A DNA stretch of 64,000 nt from the NCBI GenBank assembly GCA_965222615.1, contig CBDCUI010000008.1:320001-384000 (forward strand), read 5' to 3'. Source of the stretch: Gammaproteobacteria bacterium (lineage in GTDB: Bacteria; Pseudomonadota; Gammaproteobacteria; UBA4575). Shown here one piece after another: positions 45,706 through 55,140 of this stretch. The stretch's first letter is position 1. Each line of letters starts with the position of its first letter. A program made the position numbers and the translations under genes. The notes below the pieces were generated by a model. It made no database searches, had not been told where the DNA came from, and saw only the letters and a program-made list of their open reading frames with translations.

Positions 45706-46006
45706 CTGGACCGCCACGCAAGCAGATGCTTGCTCGCAGTGACCTATTTTCTTGTCATTGCGAGGAATGAAATGACGAAGCAATCCAAGCGAGTGCATGG
45801 ATGTAGGGGTGAGAGCACGTATCATGGACAAAGCTAACAGAATAAAGTCAGGAGAAATAAAACAACTGCAAAACTGGATTGCCACGCGAGCTGATACTGA
45901 CGCAATGTCAGGTTTTACTGGATCGCCGCGTGGCCTGAAGGCCACTCGCGATGACAGTAGTTTTTCCGGTCATTGCGAGCCAACTTTAGTTGGTGAAGCA
46001 ATCCAG
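45706..46006. repeat. Cluster of five REP-like palindromic units
   Basis: CTGGAyyGCCrCG..CGCrrTGwC units at 45706, 45874, 45918 and opposite-orientation GTCATTGCGAG..GAAGCAATCCA units at 45754, 45969; most have a different central hairpin. Confidence 0.85.
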
Positions 46007-46119
46007 CGAACACAAGGAAGTTCGAATAAATGCCGCATCAGAGATAATGTACACTACTAAGGCACTCTGATTTTACATATCTATTTTTGTTAAATGGTTA
46101 TTTTAGTGTTAGGTACATC

Positions 46120-47337
46120 GTGGCTGTTTCATTAAAGGCTCCTACTTCACTGCTTCCTGTAAAAGGCGTAAGGATTGCAACGGCCGCGGCTGGAGTGCGT
46201 TATCAAAATCGTAATGATCTAGTTTTATTTGAATTGTCTGATGGTTCTCAGACTGCTGCAGTCTTTACCAAAAATAAGTTTTGTGCAGCACCGGTTTTGC
46301 TATCTAAGCAACACTTAAGTGTTTCGCAACCAAAGTTTTTGCTAATCAATTCTGGAAATGCTAATGCTGGTACCGGGGAGCAAGGGCTAATCGATGCGAA
46401 AACATCTTGTACAACACTGGCACAGACATGTGGTTGTAAAGAGGAAGAAGTATTGCCATTTTCAACTGGAGTTATTGGAGCACGTTTACCAGTTGAGAAG
46501 ATGATCCAACATTTTTCTTCAATGAATGGTGATTTAAATGAAGATGCTTGGCTAGATGCTGCTAATGCCATTATGACCACCGATACTGTTTGCAAAGGCG
46601 TATCGAAGCAAATGAACTTAGATGGACATGAAATTACCATCACCGGAATTGCAAAAGGCGCAGGGATGATTCGTCCAGATATGGCAACGATGTTGGCTTT
46701 CGTAGCGACTGATCTGAAAATAGAGTTGGACGAACTCCATAAAATTCTTACCCGTGCTGTGGATCAGTCATTTCACTGTATTACAGTAGATGGGGATACT
46801 TCTACAAATGATGCCTGTGTACTAGTGGCTACTGGCAAATCCGAAATAAGCTTGGCGGAGCTGACGCAACCTGCGAGAGACAAATTTATTGCCAATCTGA
46901 ATACATTATTCATTGACTTAGCCCAAGCTATTATTCGTGATGGCGAAGGCGCAAGTAAATTTATAACCATCCAGGTAGAGCAAGCAAAAAGTGAGGCAAG
47001 TGCTAGGGAAATTGCATTTACCATTGCCCATTCACCTTTAGTGAAAACCGCGGCGTTTGCGAGTGATCCAAACTGGGGTCGAATTTTGGCTGCAATTGGT
47101 CGTGCGGATGTCAAGGGCTTAGAAATGCAAAAATTATGCTTGTACATCAATCAGTTAGAAGTAGTAGAAAACGGTGAACTTGCAGCCAGTTATAATGAAG
47201 AGTTCGCATGCAAAGAAATGCAGCAAGAAGAAATACTATTTCGCGTGCTTTTAGGAATGGGTGATAAGGCCAGCAGAGTGTGGACTACGGATCTTTCCTA
47301 TGAGTATGTCAAGATCAATGCAGAGTACCGTACCTAG
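46120..47337 (+). CDS. argJ: Ornithine acetyltransferase ArgJ
   Basis: NSGNANAGTG, IMTTD, KGAGMIRPDMATML, DGDTSTND, DGEGA, NWGRI. Confidence 0.97.
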   Translation: MAVSLKAPTSLLPVKGVRIATAAAGVRYQNRNDLVLFELSDGSQTAAVFTKNKFCAAPVLLSKQHLSVSQPKFLLINSGNANAGTGEQGLIDAKTSCTTLAQTCGCKEEEVLPFSTGVIGARLPVEKMIQHFSSMNGDLNEDAWLDAANAIMTTDTVCKGVSKQMNLDGHEITITGIAKGAGMIRPDMATMLAFVATDLKIELDELHKILTRAVDQSFHCITVDGDTSTNDACVLVATGKSEISLAELTQPARDKFIANLNTLFIDLAQAIIRDGEGASKFITIQVEQAKSEASAREIAFTIAHSPLVKTAAFASDPNWGRILAAIGRADVKGLEMQKLCLYINQLEVVENGELAASYNEEFACKEMQQEEILFRVLLGMGDKASRVWTTDLSYEYVKINAEYRT

Positions 47338-47390
47338 ATGCTTGTATAAATGCGCTTTTTATAGAAGCGTTTTAAAGTATTTTAATGTAG

Positions 47391-48353
47391 ATGGGAACTA
47401 GGCTGGAATTGGATTATATTCACGTAGTCATTGGTATTATTAGAAATACTAAGGATGAAGTTCTCATTGCAAGACGCCAAGAAAACGCTCATCTAGGTGG
47501 TTTATTAGAGTTTCCTGGAGGCAAAGTTGGATCGAATGAAACGTCTGTACAAGCTTTGACTAGAGAATTAAAAGAAGAACTGAATATAAACCTGCTGTCC
47601 TGTTCTAAGCTTATTCAATTTCCATATTCTTATTCGGATAGAAAGCTCTTTTTAGAAGTTTATTTAGTAGACCAATATTCAGGAGAAGCGAGAGCGAATG
47701 AATCTCAAGAAATTCAATGGCAAGATATTTCATCATTAAACACTGAAGTTTTCCCCAGTGCTAACTATGGCATTATACGTGCATTGCAACTGCCAAAATT
47801 AGTCGCTATCACTCCAGAATATAATCAGGATCCTGATAACTTCCTTGTTAATTTTGAAAAAACTTTAAAACGTGATGATGTCTCCATTATACATCTTCGA
47901 TCACATGAATTAAGCGACACACAATATATGCAACTCGCTGAAGAATGTTTACTGCTATGTAACAAGAATGATACAAAACTTATACTGAATCGAGATCCAA
48001 GTGTTATTGAAACCTTGAATGTTTCAGGAGTACATTTGACCAGTAAGTGGTTATTAGAAACTAAAGTAAGACCATTGGGTAAAGAATGCTTAGTGAGTGC
48101 TTCCTGCCATGATTTAAATGAACTCATGCATGCAATCAAAATAAATCTGGACTATGTTTTTTTAGGGCCCGTGATTGAAAAATATCAAAGTAAAAATAGC
48201 GAACCACTTGGGTGGCAAAAATTTGCTTCAATGACTCAAGCAAGCGTATTACCCACTTATGCAATAGGTGGGCTAACTACAAAAGATGTTGAAACTTCGA
48301 TTGAATGTGGTGGGCAGGGTATTGCTGCAATACGTGATTTATGGGTTGTATAA
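47391..48353 (+). CDS. mutT: Nudix hydrolase (MutT) fused to thiamine-phosphate-synthase-like domain
   Basis: EFPGGKV..E..ALTRELKEE Nudix box; C-terminal GVHL, SASCH, YAIGG TMP-TENI-like motifs. Confidence 0.88.
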   Translation: MGTRLELDYIHVVIGIIRNTKDEVLIARRQENAHLGGLLEFPGGKVGSNETSVQALTRELKEELNINLLSCSKLIQFPYSYSDRKLFLEVYLVDQYSGEARANESQEIQWQDISSLNTEVFPSANYGIIRALQLPKLVAITPEYNQDPDNFLVNFEKTLKRDDVSIIHLRSHELSDTQYMQLAEECLLLCNKNDTKLILNRDPSVIETLNVSGVHLTSKWLLETKVRPLGKECLVSASCHDLNELMHAIKINLDYVFLGPVIEKYQSKNSEPLGWQKFASMTQASVLPTYAIGGLTTKDVETSIECGGQGIAAIRDLWVV

Positions 48354-48496
48354 ACTTATCCTAAAAATGCATCTATTACACTGATACGGCGTTGCTAGCT
48401 TTTCTGCGATGCTCATTTACACATAAAGTAAACTCCGCTCTCAAAAAGCTATGCGCCTTGTCTGAGTGTAATATCTGCGATTTTTAGATAAGTTTG
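48351..48496 (+). repeat. Palindromic element copy E
   Basis: Arms aaacttatcctaaaaatgcatctattacact / agtgtaatatctgcgatttttagataagttt; core gcgttgc..atgctcatttac..gtaaactccgc..gcgccttg; begins at the mutT TAA. Confidence 0.85.
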
Positions 48497-48509
48497 TTTA
48501 TAAATTAGC

Positions 48510-49901
48510 TTAAAAGGTACAGCAGGCTAATTTAAACTCAATATCTGACGTTCGTTGCTTAGGTTTAGAATTTGGATCCGCTTGTTCTAAAAAACGAATA
48601 GAAAAGCGGTGTTTGCCTGCACTGCATTCTGGAAACAGTTGTAGGTCGCTTTTAATACCAATGCGTATTAATTGATTAGGCTGGCTAGGATCTAGGTTTT
48701 GGTCATAAAAGCCTCTAGGGGCATGCTTGGTCGAATACGGCGTACTTTCACGAATTAACTGTAAAACCTGTGTCGCTCCTTCTTGAACAATATCAAAGGG
48801 TGCAATCCAATCCATAAGAATTTTGTTTCGATTTACAAAGGGTTGTGCCAACCAGTAATGATATTCAGGCAAATCAAAATCGCATGTGCCACCGGGGATT
48901 ACAGCACGTTGCCGAATGCTGCTGATAAAATCATTATTTTTTAAGTGACTGCCGAGTTGACCGCGTGCTGTATGTAAACGGTCAAATATCGATTTATGAC
49001 TCGCTAAAATGTCACTTAGCATGGTGGTGTCCAATTTAGGTTTATCGGCAAGCCCCTCTAAATTATCCATTTGCCGTTTAATTTCTTTTAACAGTTCTTG
49101 CTTGATATCACCTCGCGAAACTAAGCTTAAAATCTCAATTAAAGTCATCAATGCTGTGTGTGAGTCTGAAGTATCTTCTCGTTTTGCAAAATATCCAAAG
49201 CGACAAGTTAGCTGTTCATAGCGAAGAAAAGTACGCATGCGTTCATTAAGTGGTTGTTCATAGGTAATGAAATTAGGATCGATACTGTTTTGACGCACAA
49301 TATTTGGTTTATTACTCAGTGCACTATATTTTTGATGTAATAAAGCAACCTTTTCGTTAAGAGAATCGATGCTGTCATGATTTTCAATTACATCATCGGC
49401 TAATCTAAGTCGCTCTTCTCGACTAATTTGTGTAGCAATGATACTTCTGACATGGGATTCACTACATTGGTCGCGCTGCATCACACGTTGTATCTGATTT
49501 TCGATTGTGCAGTCTACGACTAATACACGGTTAACAAAACTAGAATGTTTAGTTTCTAATAGTAATGGTATAACCACGATGCAGTAATCCGCATCAATCA
49601 TTTCAAGCTTTTGGTCAATCTCTTTGTATACGATAGGATGTAGGATGGCTTCTAATTTGTCCCTGAGCACTGGATCAGCAAAAATTGCCTGGCGTAATTT
49701 TTCTCGTTGCAGATCACGGTTTTCATCAAGGTACTCTGAGCCAATTTTTTCAAAGATTAATTCGCGAACATAATCTTTTTTTGATAGCTCTTGTGCAATG
49801 GCGTCGGCATCGATAATGGGAATATTGAAATCACGGTAGAATATGTCGGCAACAATGCTTTTGCCACATCCAATTCCTCCTGTAAGACCAACTACCAGCA
49901 T
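48510..49901 (-). CDS. coaE-zapD: Dephospho-CoA kinase (CoaE) fused to cell division protein ZapD
   Basis: aa 1-~195: GLTGGIGCGKS, IIDAD, HP, PLLLE. From aa ~210: YEQPLNERMRTFLR, IPGGTCDFDLP, SAGKHRFSIRF. No in-frame stop between them. Confidence 0.85.
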   Translation of the reverse strand: MLVVGLTGGIGCGKSIVADIFYRDFNIPIIDADAIAQELSKKDYVRELIFEKIGSEYLDENRDLQREKLRQAIFADPVLRDKLEAILHPIVYKEIDQKLEMIDADYCIVVIPLLLETKHSSFVNRVLVVDCTIENQIQRVMQRDQCSESHVRSIIATQISREERLRLADDVIENHDSIDSLNEKVALLHQKYSALSNKPNIVRQNSIDPNFITYEQPLNERMRTFLRYEQLTCRFGYFAKREDTSDSHTALMTLIEILSLVSRGDIKQELLKEIKRQMDNLEGLADKPKLDTTMLSDILASHKSIFDRLHTARGQLGSHLKNNDFISSIRQRAVIPGGTCDFDLPEYHYWLAQPFVNRNKILMDWIAPFDIVQEGATQVLQLIRESTPYSTKHAPRGFYDQNLDPSQPNQLIRIGIKSDLQLFPECSAGKHRFSIRFLEQADPNSKPKQRTSDIEFKLACCTF

Positions 49902-49918
49902 TATTGATACAATACTGT

Positions 49919-50809
49919 TTACGAGAGTGAGGTTTTAGATAGATAGAATTCCATAAGTTGATTACCGTACAACATTGCAATCCATCCCGCTACTGCAAGA
50001 TAGGGCCCAAATGGGATTGGATTGCTACGTTCTTGCAGCTTGGTCACAATCATGATAATGCCTATTATTGCGCCTGCTGCAGAGGATAATAGAATAATTA
50101 ATGCTAGCGACTGCCATCCTAACCAAGCGCCTAATGCGGCAAGTAACTTAAAATCACCATAGCCCATGCCTTCCTTACTAGTTACTAATTTGAAGATATG
50201 GAATACAAGCCATAGAGACAAGTAACCAAATATCGCACCCAACACACTTGAGGTTAAATCTGTATAAGTGTTGAAGATGTTGAAAACAATTCCTAGCCAC
50301 AGTAAAGGCAAGGTCATGTTATCTGGCAATAATTGAGTCTTGATGTCAATTCCACTGAGGGAGATTAAATACCAAGTAAAGATCACAGCACCTAAGGATT
50401 GAAAACTGAATCCATACTTCCATACAACGATCGTGGTGAGGATGGCAGTTAGTAATTCGACAAAAGGATATTGTAAAGAAATTTTAGTGCTGCATTGGCT
50501 GCATTTACCTCTTAGAAACAGATAACTAATAATAGGAACATTTTCTAAAGCACGGATTTTGTGGTCACATGAAGGACAATGAGATCTAGGCACCCATAAG
50601 TTATATTTTGTAGAGACAGGTGTGGTCTTGTTTGGGGTAAGCAATTCTTGGCAATCTGTTTTCCATTGACGTTCTAACATCAATGGTATTCGATGAATCA
50701 CGACGTTTAAAAAGCTGCCAACAAATGCGCCAATAATAAAGCTATACGCTAATAATAATGGAATGTTATCGGCGAGATAACTTAATACGAAATTACTCGG
50801 GAATTCCAA
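49919..50809 (-). CDS. pilD: Prepilin peptidase/N-methyltransferase
   Basis: GSFLNVVIHR, CPSC and CSQC, LLPD, GMGYGDFKL, PFGP. Confidence 0.96.
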   Translation of the reverse strand: MEFPSNFVLSYLADNIPLLLAYSFIIGAFVGSFLNVVIHRIPLMLERQWKTDCQELLTPNKTTPVSTKYNLWVPRSHCPSCDHKIRALENVPIISYLFLRGKCSQCSTKISLQYPFVELLTAILTTIVVWKYGFSFQSLGAVIFTWYLISLSGIDIKTQLLPDNMTLPLLWLGIVFNIFNTYTDLTSSVLGAIFGYLSLWLVFHIFKLVTSKEGMGYGDFKLLAALGAWLGWQSLALIILLSSAAGAIIGIIMIVTKLQERSNPIPFGPYLAVAGWIAMLYGNQLMEFYLSKTSLS

Positions 50810-50841
50810 GAGCTAGAATTGTCAAAAGCTTTATTTTGATT

Positions 50842-52065
50842 TCAAACAACCTGACCTAATTTGAAAATAGGTAGGTACATCGCTACAACCAACCCGCCTA
50901 CTACTACACCGAGTATTGCCATGATCAATGGTTCTAACAGGCTACTTAGGCCATCTACAAGGTTATCGACTTCTTGTTCATAGAAATCTGCAACTTTACT
51001 TAGCATCTCGTCAAGAGAGCCAGATTCCTCGCCGATTGCAACCATTTGTACCACCATGTTGGGGAAAAGGTTAGTAGCACGCATACTTTGCTGCAATTGA
51101 GTACCACTCGCCACTTCATCTTTCATCTTTAATGTAGCTTCTTCAAATAGTGCATTGCCTGTTGCCCCTGCGACGGATTCCATCGCTTCTACTAAAGGCA
51201 CACCTGCGGCAAACATGGTGGATAATGTGCGTGCAAATCGAGCAATCGCTGATTTTTCTAAGATATTGCCAACCACTGGGATTTTAAGAGCAAATACATC
51301 AATTCCACGTCTTACCGCTGCAGAGCGTTTTTTGGCATTGATAAAGCTAAATACAGCTGCACCAATTCCAAATAAAACCAACCACCACCATTGTTGCATG
51401 AACTCTGAAAGTTTGATTACAAATAAAGTAAATGCAGGGAGATCAGCACCAAATCCCTGAAATAGCTCTTGAAATTGTGGTACGACAAATAACAAAAGAA
51501 TGCCGGATACAACGAAAGCGACTACAAGTACGGCAGTGGGGTAAAATAAAGCCTTTTTTACTTTGCCTTTTAGTTCTTCGGTTTTTTCTTTATAGGTTGC
51601 AATTTTGTCAAGTAAGGTTTCCAATGCGCCGGATTGTTCGCCTGCATTTACAAGGTTGGTAAATAAATCATCAAAGTATTTGGGATGTTTCGAAAGTGAA
51701 TCGGCCAAGCCAGTACCTGACTCCACATCATTCTTAATAGCCATAATCAGTTCTTGCATAGCAGGCTTTTCATGTCCACGTCCAATGATTTCAAAAGCTT
51801 GGACTAAAGGTACGCCAGCTGTCATCATGGTAGCAAGTTGTCTAGCAAATATGGCAATATCTTTTGGAACTATTTTCTTGCTACGACTGAATAAGGGCTT
51901 GGATTTCTTTTTTACTTTAAGTGGGTTGATTCCCTGCCTACGTAAATCTGCTTTTAGTAAAATTTCATTTGAGGCTGCAGCTTCGCCTTTTACACGTGTG
52001 CCTTTGCGGTCAACACCTTCCCATACAAATGTTGTATTAGTCGTTGCAGTTGCAGCGGTAGCCAT
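50842..52065 (-). CDS. pilC: Type IV pilus platform protein
   Basis: FARQLATM..AGVPL, GEQSGAL, LLEP, MYLPIF. Confidence 0.96.
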   Translation of the reverse strand: MATAATATTNTTFVWEGVDRKGTRVKGEAAASNEILLKADLRRQGINPLKVKKKSKPLFSRSKKIVPKDIAIFARQLATMMTAGVPLVQAFEIIGRGHEKPAMQELIMAIKNDVESGTGLADSLSKHPKYFDDLFTNLVNAGEQSGALETLLDKIATYKEKTEELKGKVKKALFYPTAVLVVAFVVSGILLLFVVPQFQELFQGFGADLPAFTLFVIKLSEFMQQWWWLVLFGIGAAVFSFINAKKRSAAVRRGIDVFALKIPVVGNILEKSAIARFARTLSTMFAAGVPLVEAMESVAGATGNALFEEATLKMKDEVASGTQLQQSMRATNLFPNMVVQMVAIGEESGSLDEMLSKVADFYEQEVDNLVDGLSSLLEPLIMAILGVVVGGLVVAMYLPIFKLGQVV

Positions 52066-52069
52066 AATA

Positions 52070-53785
52070 TTAATCCTTAGTCACACGATTGAGTTCTTCA
52101 AGACTTATTATACCGTTACGCACTTTCTGAAGACCTGAGGTGCGCAAATCGGCAAAACCTTCTTTTTTGGATTGTTCAGCCAGTTCCATAGAATTCCCAT
52201 TTTCCATAATTAGATTGCCCATTTCCTCAGAAATAGGCACTACTTGAAATATACCCACTCGTCCTTTGTATCCGCTATTGTTGCATTGATCACAGCCATT
52301 GGCCTTGAAAATTTTTAGCTCTTCCAACTCTGATTCCATAAATCCTTCTTCTAATAATGCCTCTTTAGGGGCATCATCTGGCACTTTACATTGTTCACAT
52401 AATTTTCTACCAAGTCGCTGCGCGATTATCAGAGTAACTGCAGAGGCAATGTTATATGGCGGTACCCCCATATTGGCCAATCTGGTAAGTGTCTGAGGGG
52501 CATCATTGGTGTGCAAGGTGGATAGGACTAAGTGACCAGTTTGGGCTGCTTTAACGGCAATTTCTGCCGTTTCCAGGTCTCGAATCTCACCAACCATAAT
52601 GATATCTGGATCTTGGCGCAGGAAGGCACGTAACGCCGAAGCAAATGTGAGTCCAACCTTGGGCTTTACGTTGACTTGATTTACCCCTGGCATATTGATT
52701 TCTGCAGGGTCTTCAGCAGTGGAGATATTTCTATCCGGTGTATTTAAAATATTCAAACCTGTATACAGTGAAACTGTTTTACCACTGCCTGTTGGCCCGG
52801 TAACTAAAATTAAGCCATAGGGTTTGGATAGAGCATTTAGATATAATTGCTTTTGATCGTCTTCATAGCCAAGAGCATCAATTCCCAGAGTAGCACTGGT
52901 CGGATCTAAGATACGTAATACAATTTTTTCGCCAAATAATGTAGGACAGGTATTAACACGAAAATCAATAGAGCGTTTCTTAGAAAGCTGCATTTTTATA
53001 CGGCCATCTTGAGGTATTCGTCTTTCAGATATATCGAGACGTGCCATTACTTTTAAGCGCGCAGAAATACGTGGGGCCAAATTTTGCGGAGGACTTGCGA
53101 TTTCTTCTAAAACACCATCAACGCGAAAGCGGCAGCGATAGGTTTTTTCATAGGGTTCAAAATGAATATCTGAAGCCTTTTTGTTAATTGCATCCAACAT
53201 TACTTTATTGACAAAACGTACAATCGGGGTGTCATCAACTTCAGATTCACTTTCTTCAGGTTCGTCATCACCGTGAGAGATATCAAGATTATCTAAATCA
53301 TCATCTAGTAAGCCCTCCATATCGAGAGATTTATCCCCGATCTCTAGAGCCTTATCTATGATTGGATCAAGTTTATCTTCCTCAACTAAAATCGCTTCAG
53401 TTGTAATTCCAGTATTAAATTTAAATTCATCTAATGCAGCAAGATTCATCGGATCCGAAATTGCAACAAACAAACGATTGCCACGTTTTTGAATAGGCAG
53501 TGCATGATGCTTGCGGATAAGTTTTTCAGGAACGAGATTGCTTGGTAAAGATTCTAGATCGATAGAAGTAATATTTAATAGAGGAATTCCAAATTCATTT
53601 GAAGCAGCATGGGCTAAGTTACCCGAATCGACAATTTCATTTTTTACTAAATAAGTGGTAAGGGATATACCATTATCGTGGGCTTCTTTTTGCGAATCAG
53701 CAGCATCCTGCTCAGATAATAAGCCGTCGTTAATAAGGCGGCGAGCTAATCCACTTATTCTTATTGTTGATGCTGCTGTAGCCAC
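52070..53785 (-). CDS. pilB: Type IV pilus assembly ATPase
   Basis: ASDIHFEP, GPTGSGKT, LRQDPD..VGEIRD, TGHLVLSTLH, CxxC pairs. Confidence 0.97.
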   Translation of the reverse strand: MATAASTIRISGLARRLINDGLLSEQDAADSQKEAHDNGISLTTYLVKNEIVDSGNLAHAASNEFGIPLLNITSIDLESLPSNLVPEKLIRKHHALPIQKRGNRLFVAISDPMNLAALDEFKFNTGITTEAILVEEDKLDPIIDKALEIGDKSLDMEGLLDDDLDNLDISHGDDEPEESESEVDDTPIVRFVNKVMLDAINKKASDIHFEPYEKTYRCRFRVDGVLEEIASPPQNLAPRISARLKVMARLDISERRIPQDGRIKMQLSKKRSIDFRVNTCPTLFGEKIVLRILDPTSATLGIDALGYEDDQKQLYLNALSKPYGLILVTGPTGSGKTVSLYTGLNILNTPDRNISTAEDPAEINMPGVNQVNVKPKVGLTFASALRAFLRQDPDIIMVGEIRDLETAEIAVKAAQTGHLVLSTLHTNDAPQTLTRLANMGVPPYNIASAVTLIIAQRLGRKLCEQCKVPDDAPKEALLEEGFMESELEELKIFKANGCDQCNNSGYKGRVGIFQVVPISEEMGNLIMENGNSMELAEQSKKEGFADLRTSGLQKVRNGIISLEELNRVTKD

Positions 53786-53858
53786 GAATAGTAATTAGTG
53801 ATTTTCTTAGAAATTAGATAGTTACAATCGGTTATTATATATTAATAGTATAGCTGAT

Positions 53859-53872
53859 TTGATCTAAATCAA
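53859..53872. promoter_or_regulatory. Perfect FNR/Anr consensus box upstream of pilB
   Basis: TTGAT-ctaa-ATCAA, 74 bp upstream of the pilB start; TATAAT (53839-53834) and TATACT (53852-53847) on the minus strand. Confidence 0.55.
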
Positions 53873-54206
53873 GCATAAAGCTGATTAAACGTTAATGTTA
53901 CCGATGGAGAGAGCTTGATGCTAGTTTGCCTGCTGTATATTTTGTGGCTTTACAAATAAATGCAGCCTAATCAGCGATAAACGGTATGGATTAGTTTAGA
54001 ATTTCATGTGATTTATTAAAATCGCGTATTTCACCCATTATGATTGCTATTTAAATATACAACTTTAGTCAATTGACGAACAGCTTCGTTTATACAATAT
54101 ACGGCATATTATGCCCGTCAATATTAAGCGATGATACTTCGCTTAAATATCTATATACATCCCAATAAATGCTTAATTTGCCTGATTTAGTACTTACCTT
54201 GCCGTT

Positions 54207-55067
54207 ATGAGCAAAAATAATAATATTCTGGCTCTTGTGGCTACATCTAAATATCTATTTCTAATTGAACTCGATAGTGGTGTAAAAAAAATAATTAATG
54301 ATAAATATGGGTTATTTTACGGGATTACTTGGGATAAGCATTTTATTTATGTTGCTGTTCGGTGGTATCCATCACTTATTCCAACATCGCGTATCGAAAG
54401 GCCGAGACTTCTAGTTTTTGATTACAATTTTAAGCTTCAAAATTGTCAAAGCTTTGAGATAGATGCTGGTGGACTACATCAAATTACCTACTTTGATAGC
54501 AAGCTATATTGTTCATGCTCAAGAGATGATAGTTTTATTGTAAAAGAAAATAATGAATGGCATATATGGTATCCGTCAAATTATATTGAACATCATAATA
54601 AAGATACACACCATTTTAATTCTATTTGGTTTAATGAAGGTAAGTTATTTGTTGTTGGACACAATAATGGCCCAAGTGATGTATGGGAGTTTTCATATCC
54701 AGATTTAACTATCAAGAATAAATTTCGCATAGGTACGCATATACATAACGTGTGGAAAGAAAATGATGTTTTGACTGTTTGTAATTCAGGGAGAGGAAGA
54801 ATAGAGACAGTAGAGAATCAAGTAATTTGCGAAACAGGAGGATTTCCCAGAGGTGTTGCCATAGGTGACGATATCAACCTGGTAGGTGTATCTGATATTG
54901 CTAATCGTAGTAACCGTTGGTTAACTAATGGCAAAGTTAATATTTACTCAAAAGATTGGAGGATACTGGATAGCTTGGATTTAGGAAAATGTGGCCAAGT
55001 TTTGGAAATTAGATTACTTGCAAATGATTGGGCGCATAACAGTGAGTTCAATGTTTCTCAAGCATAA
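54207..55067 (+). CDS. Hypothetical beta-propeller protein (TIGR03032/DUF4915-like)
   Basis: Beta-rich repeats YGITW, DTHHFNS, IHNVW, GFPRGVAI..VGVS resemble that family by recall; not searched. Confidence 0.45.
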   Translation: MSKNNNILALVATSKYLFLIELDSGVKKIINDKYGLFYGITWDKHFIYVAVRWYPSLIPTSRIERPRLLVFDYNFKLQNCQSFEIDAGGLHQITYFDSKLYCSCSRDDSFIVKENNEWHIWYPSNYIEHHNKDTHHFNSIWFNEGKLFVVGHNNGPSDVWEFSYPDLTIKNKFRIGTHIHNVWKENDVLTVCNSGRGRIETVENQVICETGGFPRGVAIGDDINLVGVSDIANRSNRWLTNGKVNIYSKDWRILDSLDLGKCGQVLEIRLLANDWAHNSEFNVSQA

Positions 55068-55140
55068 TCTTTTTCAAACTAGCATTGAGTGCTATCACTT
55101 CAAACCATATTAATTTCAGCTTGAGAACTATAATAATTGA

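Noticed and set aside
45706-46006. CRISPR-array interpretation of the secA-argJ repeats
   Set aside because: The units alternate orientation, spacing is irregular and no cas genes are present.
45691-46060. ORFs 45691-45945 (-) and 45797-46060 (+)
   Set aside because: They are translations of the REP-like repeats, with no recognisable domain.
47391-48353. MutT plus thiamine-phosphate-synthase-like fusion as a novelty
   Set aside because: Well-known architecture downstream of secA-argJ in many Proteobacteria.
53880-54206. Sigma54 promoter or pilA remnant upstream of pilB
   Set aside because: No convincing TGGCAC-N5-TTGC match and no pilin N-terminus found; short hairpins near 54100-54145 are unexplained but weak.
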